A program made the position numbers and the translations under genes. From a virus (Duplodnaviria > Heunggongvirae > Uroviricota > Caudoviricetes): 19,093 bases of DNA. The stretch lies in IMG/VR virus record IMGVR_UViG_2563366800_000003; one strand, given 5' to 3'. This document shows positions 1 to 6,826 of the stretch, one piece after another (the stretch's first letter is position 1; every line of letters starts with the position of its first letter). Below the pieces are notes generated by a model, which saw only the letters and a program-made list of their open reading frames with translations, was not told the origin of the DNA and made no database searches.

Positions 1-195
1 CCGCTGTATGAATCCCGCCTGAAGGGAAAGCTGCACGTAATCAGCAAGCGATATACGCAGCGAATTGAGCGGCATAACCTGAATCTGAGGCAGCACCTGG
101 CACGGCTGGGACGGAAGTCGCTGTCGTTCTCAAAATCGGTGGAGCTGCATGACAAAGTCATCGGGCATTATCTGAACATAAAACACTATCAATAA
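1..195 (+). CDS. insB: IS1 transposase InsB, C-terminal 64 codons (5'-partial; start lies outside the window)
   Basis: Frame 1 translates [64 protein letters not shown], stop TAA at 193-195, 15 nt before the IS1 terminus. Not in the ORF track because it has no start codon in the window. Confidence 0.8.
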   Translation, partial: PLYESRLKGKLHVISKRYTQRIERHNLNLRQHLARLGRKSLSFSKSVELHDKVIGHYLNIKHYQ

Positions 196-210
196 GTTGG
201 AGTCATTACC
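1..210 (+). mobile_element. IS1, right-hand ~210 bp including the terminal inverted repeat; element continues off the left edge of the window
   Basis: Sequence 1-210 matches my memory of the 3' end of IS1 and ends ...CTATCAATAAGTTGGAGTCATTACC at 210; frame 1 is open from the window edge and translates to an InsB C-terminus. Confidence 0.85.
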
Positions 211-270
211 GTCAATACTCTCAGAGGAGTTCAGAAAGTAAAATTCTTACTCACCAGGGAATCTGATCAT

Positions 271-745
271 TGTTCTTGCCCCCTTATTTCCAGACAGGGG
301 GTGTATCTTAAGTTAACGTTACCCGCTGACGTCGATATTCTCGCGGAGAGCGGTAACCCAACGCACTGTGCGGATGGTTTTCATTGTAATGTTCGATCGC
401 CACTGCAAGATTATGCAATGCCGTTCTTACATTCGGTTTCGGCATGAACGCGATGTAGTCTTCCTTCATCGTTTTCACGAACCTTTCTGCCATTCCATTA
501 CTCTGAGGACTGCTGATTGCCGTTGTGCAGGGCTCCAGATTCAACTCTCTGGCGAACTGCCGTGTTTCATGCGCTCTATACGCTGAACCGTTATCTGTCA
601 GCCACTGGATGGACTGTTCCGGTACTTTATCGCCAAAGCGTTTTTCTATCGCTCCTAACATGACATCCTGCACTGTCGCTTTATCGTAACCTCCCGTGCT
701 TGCGGCCCAGTCTATGGCTTCACGATCGCAACAGTCCAGGGCGAT
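271..745 (-). mobile_element. Truncated IS3-family (IS2-group) insertion sequence remnant; terminal repeat near 271-296, N-terminal part of the transposase missing
   Basis: 271-300 (TGTTCTTGCCCCCTTATTTCCAGACA...) resembles the IS2 terminal inverted repeat; the adjacent minus-strand ORF encodes an IS2-like OrfB C-terminus; similarity is lost upstream of ~745. Confidence 0.6.
308..745 (-). pseudogene. IS3-family (IS2-like) OrfB/InsD transposase, C-terminal fragment only
   Basis: Track ORF 308-673 (…[57 protein letters not shown]…[18 protein letters not shown]) matches the IS2 InsD C-terminal domain pattern; the frame stays open upstream to a stop at 746-748 (…[25 protein letters not shown]…) with no plausible N-terminus, so it is truncated. 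Confidence 0.7.
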
Positions 746-1020
746 TCATCTGGGCCAATCCTCGCTCATAACAGGCATTCACTTCAGTCATGGCAGAAAG
801 GTATGCATGCTGGAGAAGTCGTGAAAGAAAAGAAGACTGCTGCGCCGTTTGTCGTCACGTTTATCTTCATTGGCTATGCAAGTCGTAATACAAGGTGGGA
901 CAAAACTGAGACACATAAGGCCTCGCAATGGCTTGCAAGGCTTTACATGTTTTGATGTGGTGGGACGTGTGAGCGCAGTGTTGATGGGGTAATGCTTTGA
1001 ATTAGAAGCGGATTCTTATA

Positions 1021-1066
1021 ATTCGTAATGCGAAGGTCGTAGGTTCGACTCCTATTATCGGCACCA
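1021..1066 (+). other. 46-nt 3' portion of tRNA-Thr(CGU) (thrW-type) without its 5' half; attachment-site core of the downstream integrative element
   Basis: ATTCGTAATGCGAAGGTCGTAGGTTCGACTCCTATTATCGGCACCA matches my recollection of the E. coli thrW 3' end (anticodon CGT, T-arm GGTTCGACTCC, acceptor TATCGGC + CCA). The preceding 30 nt do not form the matching 5' acceptor/D-arm (GCCGATA…), so this is not an intact tRNA gene. Confidence 0.7.
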
Positions 1067-1083
1067 TTCAAACATCTCCCCAA

Positions 1084-1165
1084 GTCTACTAAAGTCTTTC
1101 AAAACCCCTTATAATCCGCGTATTAAAGCCCCGTTCGTCTTTTGACGTCTACTAAAGTCCCTCAA
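1084..1165 (+). repeat. Two direct copies of GTCTACTAAAGTC(Y)(Y)TCAAAA (1084-1102 and 1147-1165) between the att core and int
   Basis: Seen directly in the sequence, 63 bp apart; the position fits accessory-factor or arm-type binding sites of an attP-derived region (inference). Confidence 0.45.
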
Positions 1166-1178
1166 AATCTACGGTCAG

Positions 1179-1231
1179 ATGGGGGTACTTATGGGGGTAT
1201 TTGCTGTTCGGTTTAGTGGAGGTACCCCCAA
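1179..1231. promoter_or_regulatory. Three TGGGGGTA motifs (two direct at 1180-1187 and 1192-1199, one inverted at 1223-1230) immediately upstream of int; candidate arm-type integrase binding sites
   Basis: Seen directly; a near-identical ATGGGGGTACTT(T)TGGGGGTAT block recurs at 17693-17718 near the proposed right end. A GGAGG Shine-Dalgarno (1218-1222) for int lies within this region. Confidence 0.45.
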
Positions 1232-2446
1232 GTGAAACTCAATGCCCGTCAAATAGACACAGCCAAGCCAAAAGAGAAGGCTTACAAGCTGGCCGATGGT
1301 GGCGGTTTGTATCTCTTGGTAAAACCTAATGGAGGTAAATACTGGCGACTTAAATATCGTGTAGCTGGTAAAGAGAAGCTATTGGCACTAGGTGTGTATC
1401 CTGAGGTTACTCTAGCCGATGCTCGGGCAAAACGTGAAGATGCGAAAAGAGGTATCGCTGGTGGTATCGATCCGATGGAAGCGAAACGAGAGGAAAAGAT
1501 TGCCCGGGAAACGCAGTTAAACAACACCTTCAAAGATATTGCCCTTGAGTGGCACAGCAGCAAATTAAAAAAATGGTCTGCTGGTTATGCTTCAGACATC
1601 CTCGAAGCCTTCAACAAAGATGTGTTCCCTTACATTGGCAAAAAACCAATCGCCGAAATCAAACCACTTGAACTTCTGAATGTGCTGCGGCGCATCGAGG
1701 GGCGCGGTGCTACAGAAAAAGCCAAAAAAGTGAGGCAGCGGTGCGGGGAAGTTTTCCGCTATGCAATAGTCACTGGTCGCGCAGAGTATAACCCTGCACC
1801 AGACCTTACTAGCGCGATGCAAGGCCATGAATCTAATCATTACCCTTTCCTTACAGCCAAAGAATTACCTGATTTTTTCAAGGCATTGTCCAGTTACTCA
1901 GGAAGCGCATTGGTTGTTATGGCGGCTCGTCTACTGATTATCACCGGCTTGCGGACTGGCGAACTACGTGGCGCATTATGGGATGAAATTGATTTCAACA
2001 AGGCTATCTGGGAGATACCCGCTTCACGTATGAAAATGCGGCGGCCTCATATTGTGCCATTGTCTGAGCAGGCTCTTTCGCTTATTGGGAAGATTAGAGA
2101 AATAACAGGCAATTACCCTCTTATGTTTCCCGGGCGCAATGATCCAAGGAAAACAATGAGCGAGGCCAGCATAAACCAAGTGTTTAAGCGCATTGGCTAC
2201 GCTGGACGTGTAACTGGTCATGGGTTCCGGCACACTATGAGTACGATTTTGCATGAGCAGGGCTATAACACCGCGTGGATAGAAACGCAGCTCGCTCACG
2301 TTGATAAGAACTCAATTCGTGGCACATACAACCATGCGCAATATCTGGATGGAAGGCGGGAGATGCTTCAATGGTATGCCGACTATATGGATTCTCTCGA
2401 GCATGGCGGAAATGTGGTGCATATGGTGTTTGAAAAACACGCATGA
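1232..2446 (+). CDS. int: P4-family tyrosine integrase (site-specific recombinase, phage integrase family)
   Basis: 404-aa ORF with GTG start 9 nt after GGAGG; N-terminal arm-binding-type region (LNARQIDTAKPKEKAYKLADGGGLYLLVKPNGGKYWRLKYR), catalytic-domain signatures HGFRHT and C-terminal RGTYNHAQYLDGRREMLQWYADYM typical of CP4-57 IntA/P4 Int relatives; sits directly next to a tRNA 3' fragment. Confidence 0.9.
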   Translation: MKLNARQIDTAKPKEKAYKLADGGGLYLLVKPNGGKYWRLKYRVAGKEKLLALGVYPEVTLADARAKREDAKRGIAGGIDPMEAKREEKIARETQLNNTFKDIALEWHSSKLKKWSAGYASDILEAFNKDVFPYIGKKPIAEIKPLELLNVLRRIEGRGATEKAKKVRQRCGEVFRYAIVTGRAEYNPAPDLTSAMQGHESNHYPFLTAKELPDFFKALSSYSGSALVVMAARLLIITGLRTGELRGALWDEIDFNKAIWEIPASRMKMRRPHIVPLSEQALSLIGKIREITGNYPLMFPGRNDPRKTMSEASINQVFKRIGYAGRVTGHGFRHTMSTILHEQGYNTAWIETQLAHVDKNSIRGTYNHAQYLDGRREMLQWYADYMDSLEHGGNVVHMVFEKHA

Positions 2447-2716
2447 AACAACTGGACAAGTATACAGAGGTTTACTAAAGTATAGGGGAGTAGATTGATA
2501 AAAACTCACAGAGGATTGCTATTTAACAGTTAGCCCTGGAGAAGGGCAATCGCTCTTTTATAAACGAAGGTGTATTGAGCCTTCTACGTCGCTGACAAAG
2601 CGGAATGTTCTTTAAAACTACTGGATGTCACGCCTAATAGCGTGATCCTGCCGAAATGCAGGGTAGCTCTACCCTTGTGGAGCAAACAAACCAAAACAAT
2701 CTGACTATCTTTTATA

Positions 2717-2751
2717 AAAGACCGCAATATGTTTTTCATATTGTGGTCTTT
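2717..2751. promoter_or_regulatory. Imperfect 15-bp inverted repeat (AAAGACCGCAATATG-TTTTT-CATATTGTGGTCTTT) in the AT-rich int-alpA intergenic region; candidate operator or terminator
   Basis: Seen directly; one mismatch in the stem; lies ~90 bp upstream of the alpA start. Confidence 0.3.
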
Positions 2752-2837
2752 GGCGTATTCGGCATTTGACGCAAATAAAACTCTCGCCATTCGTTGCAGG
2801 AGGGGGTTATTGCGTCATTAGTACAGGATATTAATAA

Positions 2838-3041
2838 ATGGCTAATTACAATTCATTAATTCGTCTCTCTGAAGTTCAAAGGCGAACTGGTTATAGCAAA
2901 GCATGGATTTATCGTCTTATTAGTCAGGGGAGGTTCCCTAAACAGGTAAAAATTGGAAGTCGGGCAATTGCTTTTGTTGAGTCTGAAATAGATGAATGGA
3001 TTGAGAAGTGTATATTAGAATCTAGAGACGAGATGGCCTGA
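2838..3041 (+). CDS. alpA: AlpA-family phage transcriptional regulator/excisionase-like DNA-binding protein
   Basis: 67-aa ORF RLSEVQRRTGYSKAWIYRLISQGRFPKQVKIGSRAIAFVESEIDEWI matches the AlpA helix-turn-helix pattern; position directly after int is typical of P4-like/PICI elements. Confidence 0.85.
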   Translation: MANYNSLIRLSEVQRRTGYSKAWIYRLISQGRFPKQVKIGSRAIAFVESEIDEWIEKCILESRDEMA

Positions 3042-3472
3042 TGGAAAAGAAAAACCGCCCATTACAGGCGGCTAATTCAGATATTCGTGTATCTGATGTT
3101 ACGCCCCTTACAAAATCCCTTCAAGCACCAAAGCGCACACCGAAAAAGCATCGTGCCAGAGTCTATATGCTGCGTACTGGTATAGAGGGATGGACAGAAA
3201 ATGACATTCTTCGCTACTGCCGTCTGTCTTCTGGTCGTAACTATGCAACAGAGTTAGAACGCCAGCTTGGAATCACTCTGGAGCGTATCGACGAAAAGAA
3301 TCCTGATGGTATCGGAACACACCTTCGCTACCGTTTCTCCTGCCGTGGTGATGTTCTGAAAGTGATCACTCATATTAACCATCTTGCGAACATAAATGAT
3401 CACAACGGACTTTCTCAGCAGGAAATTGCCGACATTCTGAAACTCTACCCGGACGCGTTTAACGCCGCCTAA
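3041..3472 (+). CDS. Hypothetical protein (143 aa), translationally coupled to alpA (TGATG overlap)
   Basis: ORF with start overlapping the alpA stop; no family recognised. Confidence 0.55.
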   Translation: MEKKNRPLQAANSDIRVSDVTPLTKSLQAPKRTPKKHRARVYMLRTGIEGWTENDILRYCRLSSGRNYATELERQLGITLERIDEKNPDGIGTHLRYRFSCRGDVLKVITHINHLANINDHNGLSQQEIADILKLYPDAFNAA

Positions 3473-3484
3473 CGGAGACTGAAA

Positions 3485-4318
3485 ATGAACATCGAAAAAA
3501 GCAGATTAATTTCTGAGGCTGCCCCTCATCTGAACGCCTCTCTGGGCACAATTAACGGTAATGAATTTGCCGCAATTGTCCCGGTTATTCCTGGTCATAT
3601 CGGTGGGCGTGAAACCAATATTGTTAGCGCAAAAGCGTTACACAAAGCGTTGGGCGTGGGAAAAGACTTCTCTACATGGATCACTGATCGCATCTCTGAA
3701 TATGACTTCACCATTGGGCACGATTACTCAGTCCATAAAACAATTTCCCCAAATTTGGGGAAAAGCCCGAATGGCGCGGCTTACAGCAAGATTAAGCAGT
3801 CTGGCAGACCCGGCAAAGACTATCTGTTAAGTGTCGGAATGGCGAAAGAACTGGCAATGATCGAACGCAATGATCAGGGTCGCGCTATCCGTCGTTATTT
3901 CATCCAGTGCGAGGAAGAATTACAGCGTAGCGTGCCTGAAATCGCCGCCCGCTATCGTCGCCAGCTAAAAGCCCGTATTAGTGCCGCAAACAACTTTAAG
4001 CCAATGTGCGATGCGCTGAATATGGCCCGTGCCGAGCAGGGGAAAACGACGCAGCAACACCACTACACAAACGAGAGCAATATGATTTCTCGTATCGTTC
4101 TTGGTGGGCTAACTGCTAAGCAGTGGGCGCGGATAAATGGCTATTCTGGCGAACCTCGCGACCATATGAACGCAGAACAGCTTGAGCACCTCTCATATCT
4201 CGAAAGCACCAATATCACGTTAATTGATATGGGCATGGAATATGAGCAGCGCAAAGGAGAACTCACCCGCTTGTCGCAACGCTGGCTCGCCAAGCGTCTG
4301 GAGGCGGTCCATGTTTAA
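3485..4318 (+). CDS. Phage antirepressor-like protein with AntA/AntB-type N-terminal domain
   Basis: 277-aa ORF; VSAKALHKALGVGKDFSTWITDRISEYDFTIGHDY fits the AntA/AntB antirepressor domain pattern (V.A..LH..L.....F..W...RI..Y.F....DY). Confidence 0.65.
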   Translation: MNIEKSRLISEAAPHLNASLGTINGNEFAAIVPVIPGHIGGRETNIVSAKALHKALGVGKDFSTWITDRISEYDFTIGHDYSVHKTISPNLGKSPNGAAYSKIKQSGRPGKDYLLSVGMAKELAMIERNDQGRAIRRYFIQCEEELQRSVPEIAARYRRQLKARISAANNFKPMCDALNMARAEQGKTTQQHHYTNESNMISRIVLGGLTAKQWARINGYSGEPRDHMNAEQLEHLSYLESTNITLIDMGMEYEQRKGELTRLSQRWLAKRLEAVHV

Positions 4319-4493
4319 GCCGACAGGAACACCACAACCTCAAAAACGCTACAAAGATGCCCACGGAGCACTCGTTACTGTCGAAAGCGTGTCTCACAAC
4401 CGAGTGACGTTTTATCGCGACGGGTATCAATCGCCATGCGTACAACCGCTGGCACGTTTCATGAAGGAGTTCGCGGAGGTTAACAAATGCTAA
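4311..4493 (+). CDS. Small hypothetical protein (60 aa), ATG overlapping the stop of the preceding gene
   Basis: ATGTTTAA overlap at 4311-4318; [60 protein letters not shown]; the track shows a longer frame from 4224 but coupling favours 4311. Confidence 0.4.
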   Translation: MFKPTGTPQPQKRYKDAHGALVTVESVSHNRVTFYRDGYQSPCVQPLARFMKEFAEVNKC

Positions 4494-5554
4494 CCGCCCA
4501 GAAGAAGATATTTTCACTGGCTGGTATGTCGCCAAAATCCAGCAATATGACAGCAAAGTCAGACATTAATACAGCAGATACAAGCAAAGTTTATCATTTT
4601 CTGGTGGTAGGAGCGGATGCCTTAACTATGTCAGAAATTACGGTCGATGGTGTTAGCGTTGAGAAGGTCAGCGGCTATGCCAGAGAATTTCTGGTCGTAG
4701 ATGGCTTTCTCTGCTCGTGTAGTGACTCCACAAAAACCTTCGTCCACGCGCGTGACGTTAACGAAATGAGCGCGATGTACTGTGCTTCTGGTTCTTCCAA
4801 TAGTGAGTTTTCGGAGTCCATAAAAAAGAGCTTGCCGTTATGCGGCAACACGGTTTATGGTTATAAGGCACCTCATAAAACGGGTGCCGGGATTGGCGTC
4901 CTGAAAATTCTGAAGGCGACATATGACGCGCCGAGCGTCTTTTTTTATGTCGTAGGTCTGACTCACCCATTTTTTGGGCGTTGGTGTATAATCCAGCGCC
5001 TTTGTCAATCAATGGTGGCTCAGGCGGGGGCTTCTTCGGAAGCGCCGGTATCCTTCAGAGCCGGTTACGCCAACCCTGTCTGGGCTACCACCAGCGAAAT
5101 TGGCGTTTCCGGTGGTAGCGTAACCTGCTATCTGAAGGAGGCTGCCACATGCTGGCTACTACCCCTACCCAAAAAACGCAATTTATCTGGATTATCGCCG
5201 CAGTTCGCCGCGATTGCCCGACAATTACCGCCAAAATTCATCATATTGCTGCCGAGTCTGAACGCGATGCTCGCCGTTCTCTGGTGCGCGATCACATCTG
5301 CTTTTTTGCTGGTCGTATCCGCATGGAGGTGGCACATGATTAAAACCTACGATGTGCATATGGATCCCCTCGAACGCACAAGCCAGATCATCACACTGAC
5401 AGAAGTGATTAACGACATTCTGGTGAGCAACTCTCCCTCACGAGACGAAAAACTGAAGGCGTTACTCGCGATATTGGACCTCGCCGTTCGTGACGTTCAT
5501 TTCCTGCTGGAAGGTGGACAAATGCCATGCAAAACGGGGGCAACCAATGAATAA
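4487..5554 (+). CDS. Uninterrupted 355-codon ORF, probably composite: plausible N-terminal ~145-aa hypothetical protein and a separate C-terminal small gene (5336-5554, 72 aa, GGAGG RBS) joined by low-quality run-on
   Basis: Good RBS (GGAGG, 4475-4479) before the ATG at 4487; the middle of the frame contains a terminator-like hairpin plus T-run (~4925-4946), a TATAAT-like hexamer (~4985-4990), and a W/C-rich improbable translation; a second gene with a strong RBS occupies another frame at 5149-5343. Confidence 0.35.
   Translation: MLTAQKKIFSLAGMSPKSSNMTAKSDINTADTSKVYHFLVVGADALTMSEITVDGVSVEKVSGYAREFLVVDGFLCSCSDSTKTFVHARDVNEMSAMYCASGSSNSEFSESIKKSLPLCGNTVYGYKAPHKTGAGIGVLKILKATYDAPSVFFYVVGLTHPFFGRWCIIQRLCQSMVAQAGASSEAPVSFRAGYANPVWATTSEIGVSGGSVTCYLKEAATCWLLPLPKKRNLSGLSPQFAAIARQLPPKFIILLPSLNAMLAVLWCAITSAFLLVVSAWRWHMIKTYDVHMDPLERTSQIITLTEVINDILVSNSPSRDEKLKALLAILDLAVRDVHFLLEGGQMPCKTGATNE
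5149..5343 (+). CDS. Small hypothetical protein (64 aa)
   Basis: AAGGAGG 8 nt upstream of the ATG at 5149; its stop overlaps the next ATG (ATGATTAA at 5336-5343), indicating translational coupling. Confidence 0.45.
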   Translation: MLATTPTQKTQFIWIIAAVRRDCPTITAKIHHIAAESERDARRSLVRDHICFFAGRIRMEVAHD

Positions 5555-5741
5555 CTCAATTAATACCCCTCGCCTTACGTCCGCACTTCAATTAATCGAG
5601 CAAGCAGCGGCTGTCCCGGTTGCTGTCAGTCTTTCGGCTGAAGAAATGGACGCTGCTGATGTCGTGGATGCGATTAAAGCGTGCTCATCTTTGGTTAACG
5701 ATGCCCGTGCCGAGCTGGTAATTCTTGGGGGTGAAAAATGA
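5547..5741 (+). CDS. Small hypothetical protein (64 aa; track ORF 5490-5741 with internal start at 5547)
   Basis: ATGAATAA overlap with the upstream frame stop at 5552-5554 and a G-rich RBS; [64 protein letters not shown]. Confidence 0.5.
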   Translation: MNNSINTPRLTSALQLIEQAAAVPVAVSLSAEEMDAADVVDAIKACSSLVNDARAELVILGGEK

Positions 5742-6001
5742 ATATCAACTTAATTTATCGTCATCCGTGTGAGCTGGAAATTGAATCATTGCTGGGGCGC
5801 GAAGAGCCATATCCAGACACATTCACTCCCGCAGATTGCGCGACTGAACGGCTTACCAGAGCGCGCACAGGTCTGGTTCATGTGATGAATGAGATTGTTC
5901 CCTCGGTGGGAGGGGAACAGGCGACAGTAATCAATAGCTGGCTACAAAAAGTTACCTCCCTGATAGATATCGGTTTAATCGATGTGGAGAGTGCGAAATG
6001 A
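5738..6001 (+). CDS. Hypothetical protein (87 aa), ATGA-coupled
   Basis: Start overlaps the upstream stop (ATGA at 5738-5741); no family recognised. Confidence 0.55.
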   Translation: MNINLIYRHPCELEIESLLGREEPYPDTFTPADCATERLTRARTGLVHVMNEIVPSVGGEQATVINSWLQKVTSLIDIGLIDVESAK

Positions 6002-6219
6002 CCAACATCCAGCTCATTGAAGCGCAATGTCGCATCGAACAGGTTCAGACTGTTTTAGGGTTCTGGCTTGAAGGGGCCAGCCCCAGCAACAGAGACAAGT
6101 TAATGATTGGCGCGGTTATGTCACTGCTCAATGGCGTACCAGAAGCTATTCAGGAAGCGGACGAATTGTTGGGCAAATATGAGTTACAGAATCATTCAGG
6201 CGAGGCGAAACATGAATAA
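5998..6219 (+). CDS. Hypothetical protein (73 aa), ATGA-coupled
   Basis: Start overlaps the upstream stop (ATGA at 5998-6001); no family recognised. Confidence 0.55.
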   Translation: MTNIQLIEAQCRIEQVQTVLGFWLEGASPSNRDKLMIGAVMSLLNGVPEAIQEADELLGKYELQNHSGEAKHE

Positions 6220-6814
6220 TTTCTTAACTTTCCATGCAGAAGCAACGCCTGACGGCGTAAACATCATGTACCGCAGCAACGATGGCATGACAGAACGCGT
6301 TGATACCGTCTCATATATTGATGCCGTAAATCGTCTGGATGCCGGGGATTATGACGATAAACCAGATGAAGGCATGTTTATACATCTCGCTATTGCCAGT
6401 GGCGGCAACCAGGGATATTTCGATTACACATCACAGCATCACGTGATTATGTGGCGCTGGCTGATAGCAACAGCATTCATCAATGAAATGAGAAAGGAAA
6501 ACGGCACCGTCAGCATTATTGATGACAGTGGCAATCATTCCGTGGTTTCTGTTTATTCCAATGGCATCGTCGCCATGCCGCTGTATCCAGTAGCAGAGCG
6601 CCTCGCTATGGCAAACAACATTGAGGGCGCAATGATCGAGAAATATGGTGTTGATGTCGGAACAAATAATGCCATCATTTTTTACAGCAACATGTTCGAT
6701 GTCGAACAGGGAACACTCACTTCGTTTGGGCGAGAAGTGCTTGCCGATCTTCACAACAGCTTTATTGCCGAACTAAACGAAAACGGCATCCCAGAAGCAC
6801 CAGTGACGCACTAA
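6212..6814 (+). CDS. Hypothetical protein (200 aa; track ORF 6107-6814 with probable start at 6212)
   Basis: ATG at 6212 is preceded by GAGG and overlaps the upstream stop (ATGAATAA); begins MNNFLTFHAEATPDGV…; no family recognised. Confidence 0.6.
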   Translation: MNNFLTFHAEATPDGVNIMYRSNDGMTERVDTVSYIDAVNRLDAGDYDDKPDEGMFIHLAIASGGNQGYFDYTSQHHVIMWRWLIATAFINEMRKENGTVSIIDDSGNHSVVSVYSNGIVAMPLYPVAERLAMANNIEGAMIEKYGVDVGTNNAIIFYSNMFDVEQGTLTSFGREVLADLHNSFIAELNENGIPEAPVTH

Positions 6815-6826
6815 ACGGGGGCCAGA

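Noticed and set aside
368-586. Plus-strand 72-aa ORF
   Set aside because: Antisense to the IS2-like transposase remnant with an implausible C/R-rich translation; an artefact of the coding strand opposite.
990-1066. Possible intact tRNA-Thr gene
   Set aside because: Only the 3' 46 nt match; the upstream bases (…GAATTAGAAGCGGATTCTTATA) cannot form the acceptor and D arms that would pair with TATCGGC, so it is a fragment.
1282-2509. Several minus-strand ORFs (1282-1563, 1592-1840, 2024-2299, 2235-2459, 2312-2509) and plus-strand 2301-2498
   Set aside because: All lie inside or antisense to the integrase gene, which has strong family signatures; typical shadow ORFs.
2533-2560. Possible terminator after int (GCCCT-GGAGA-AGGGC)
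   Set aside because: Only a 5-bp stem and the T-rich tract is separated from the stem by 7 nt; too weak to call.
2584-2790. Minus-strand 68-aa ORF in the int-alpA intergenic region
   Set aside because: No RBS, overlaps the inverted repeat at 2717-2751, AT-rich regulatory-looking sequence; more likely non-coding.
4758-5337. Minus-strand ORFs 4758-5012 and 5128-5337
   Set aside because: Antisense within the plus-strand coupled operon, no RBS, odd composition.
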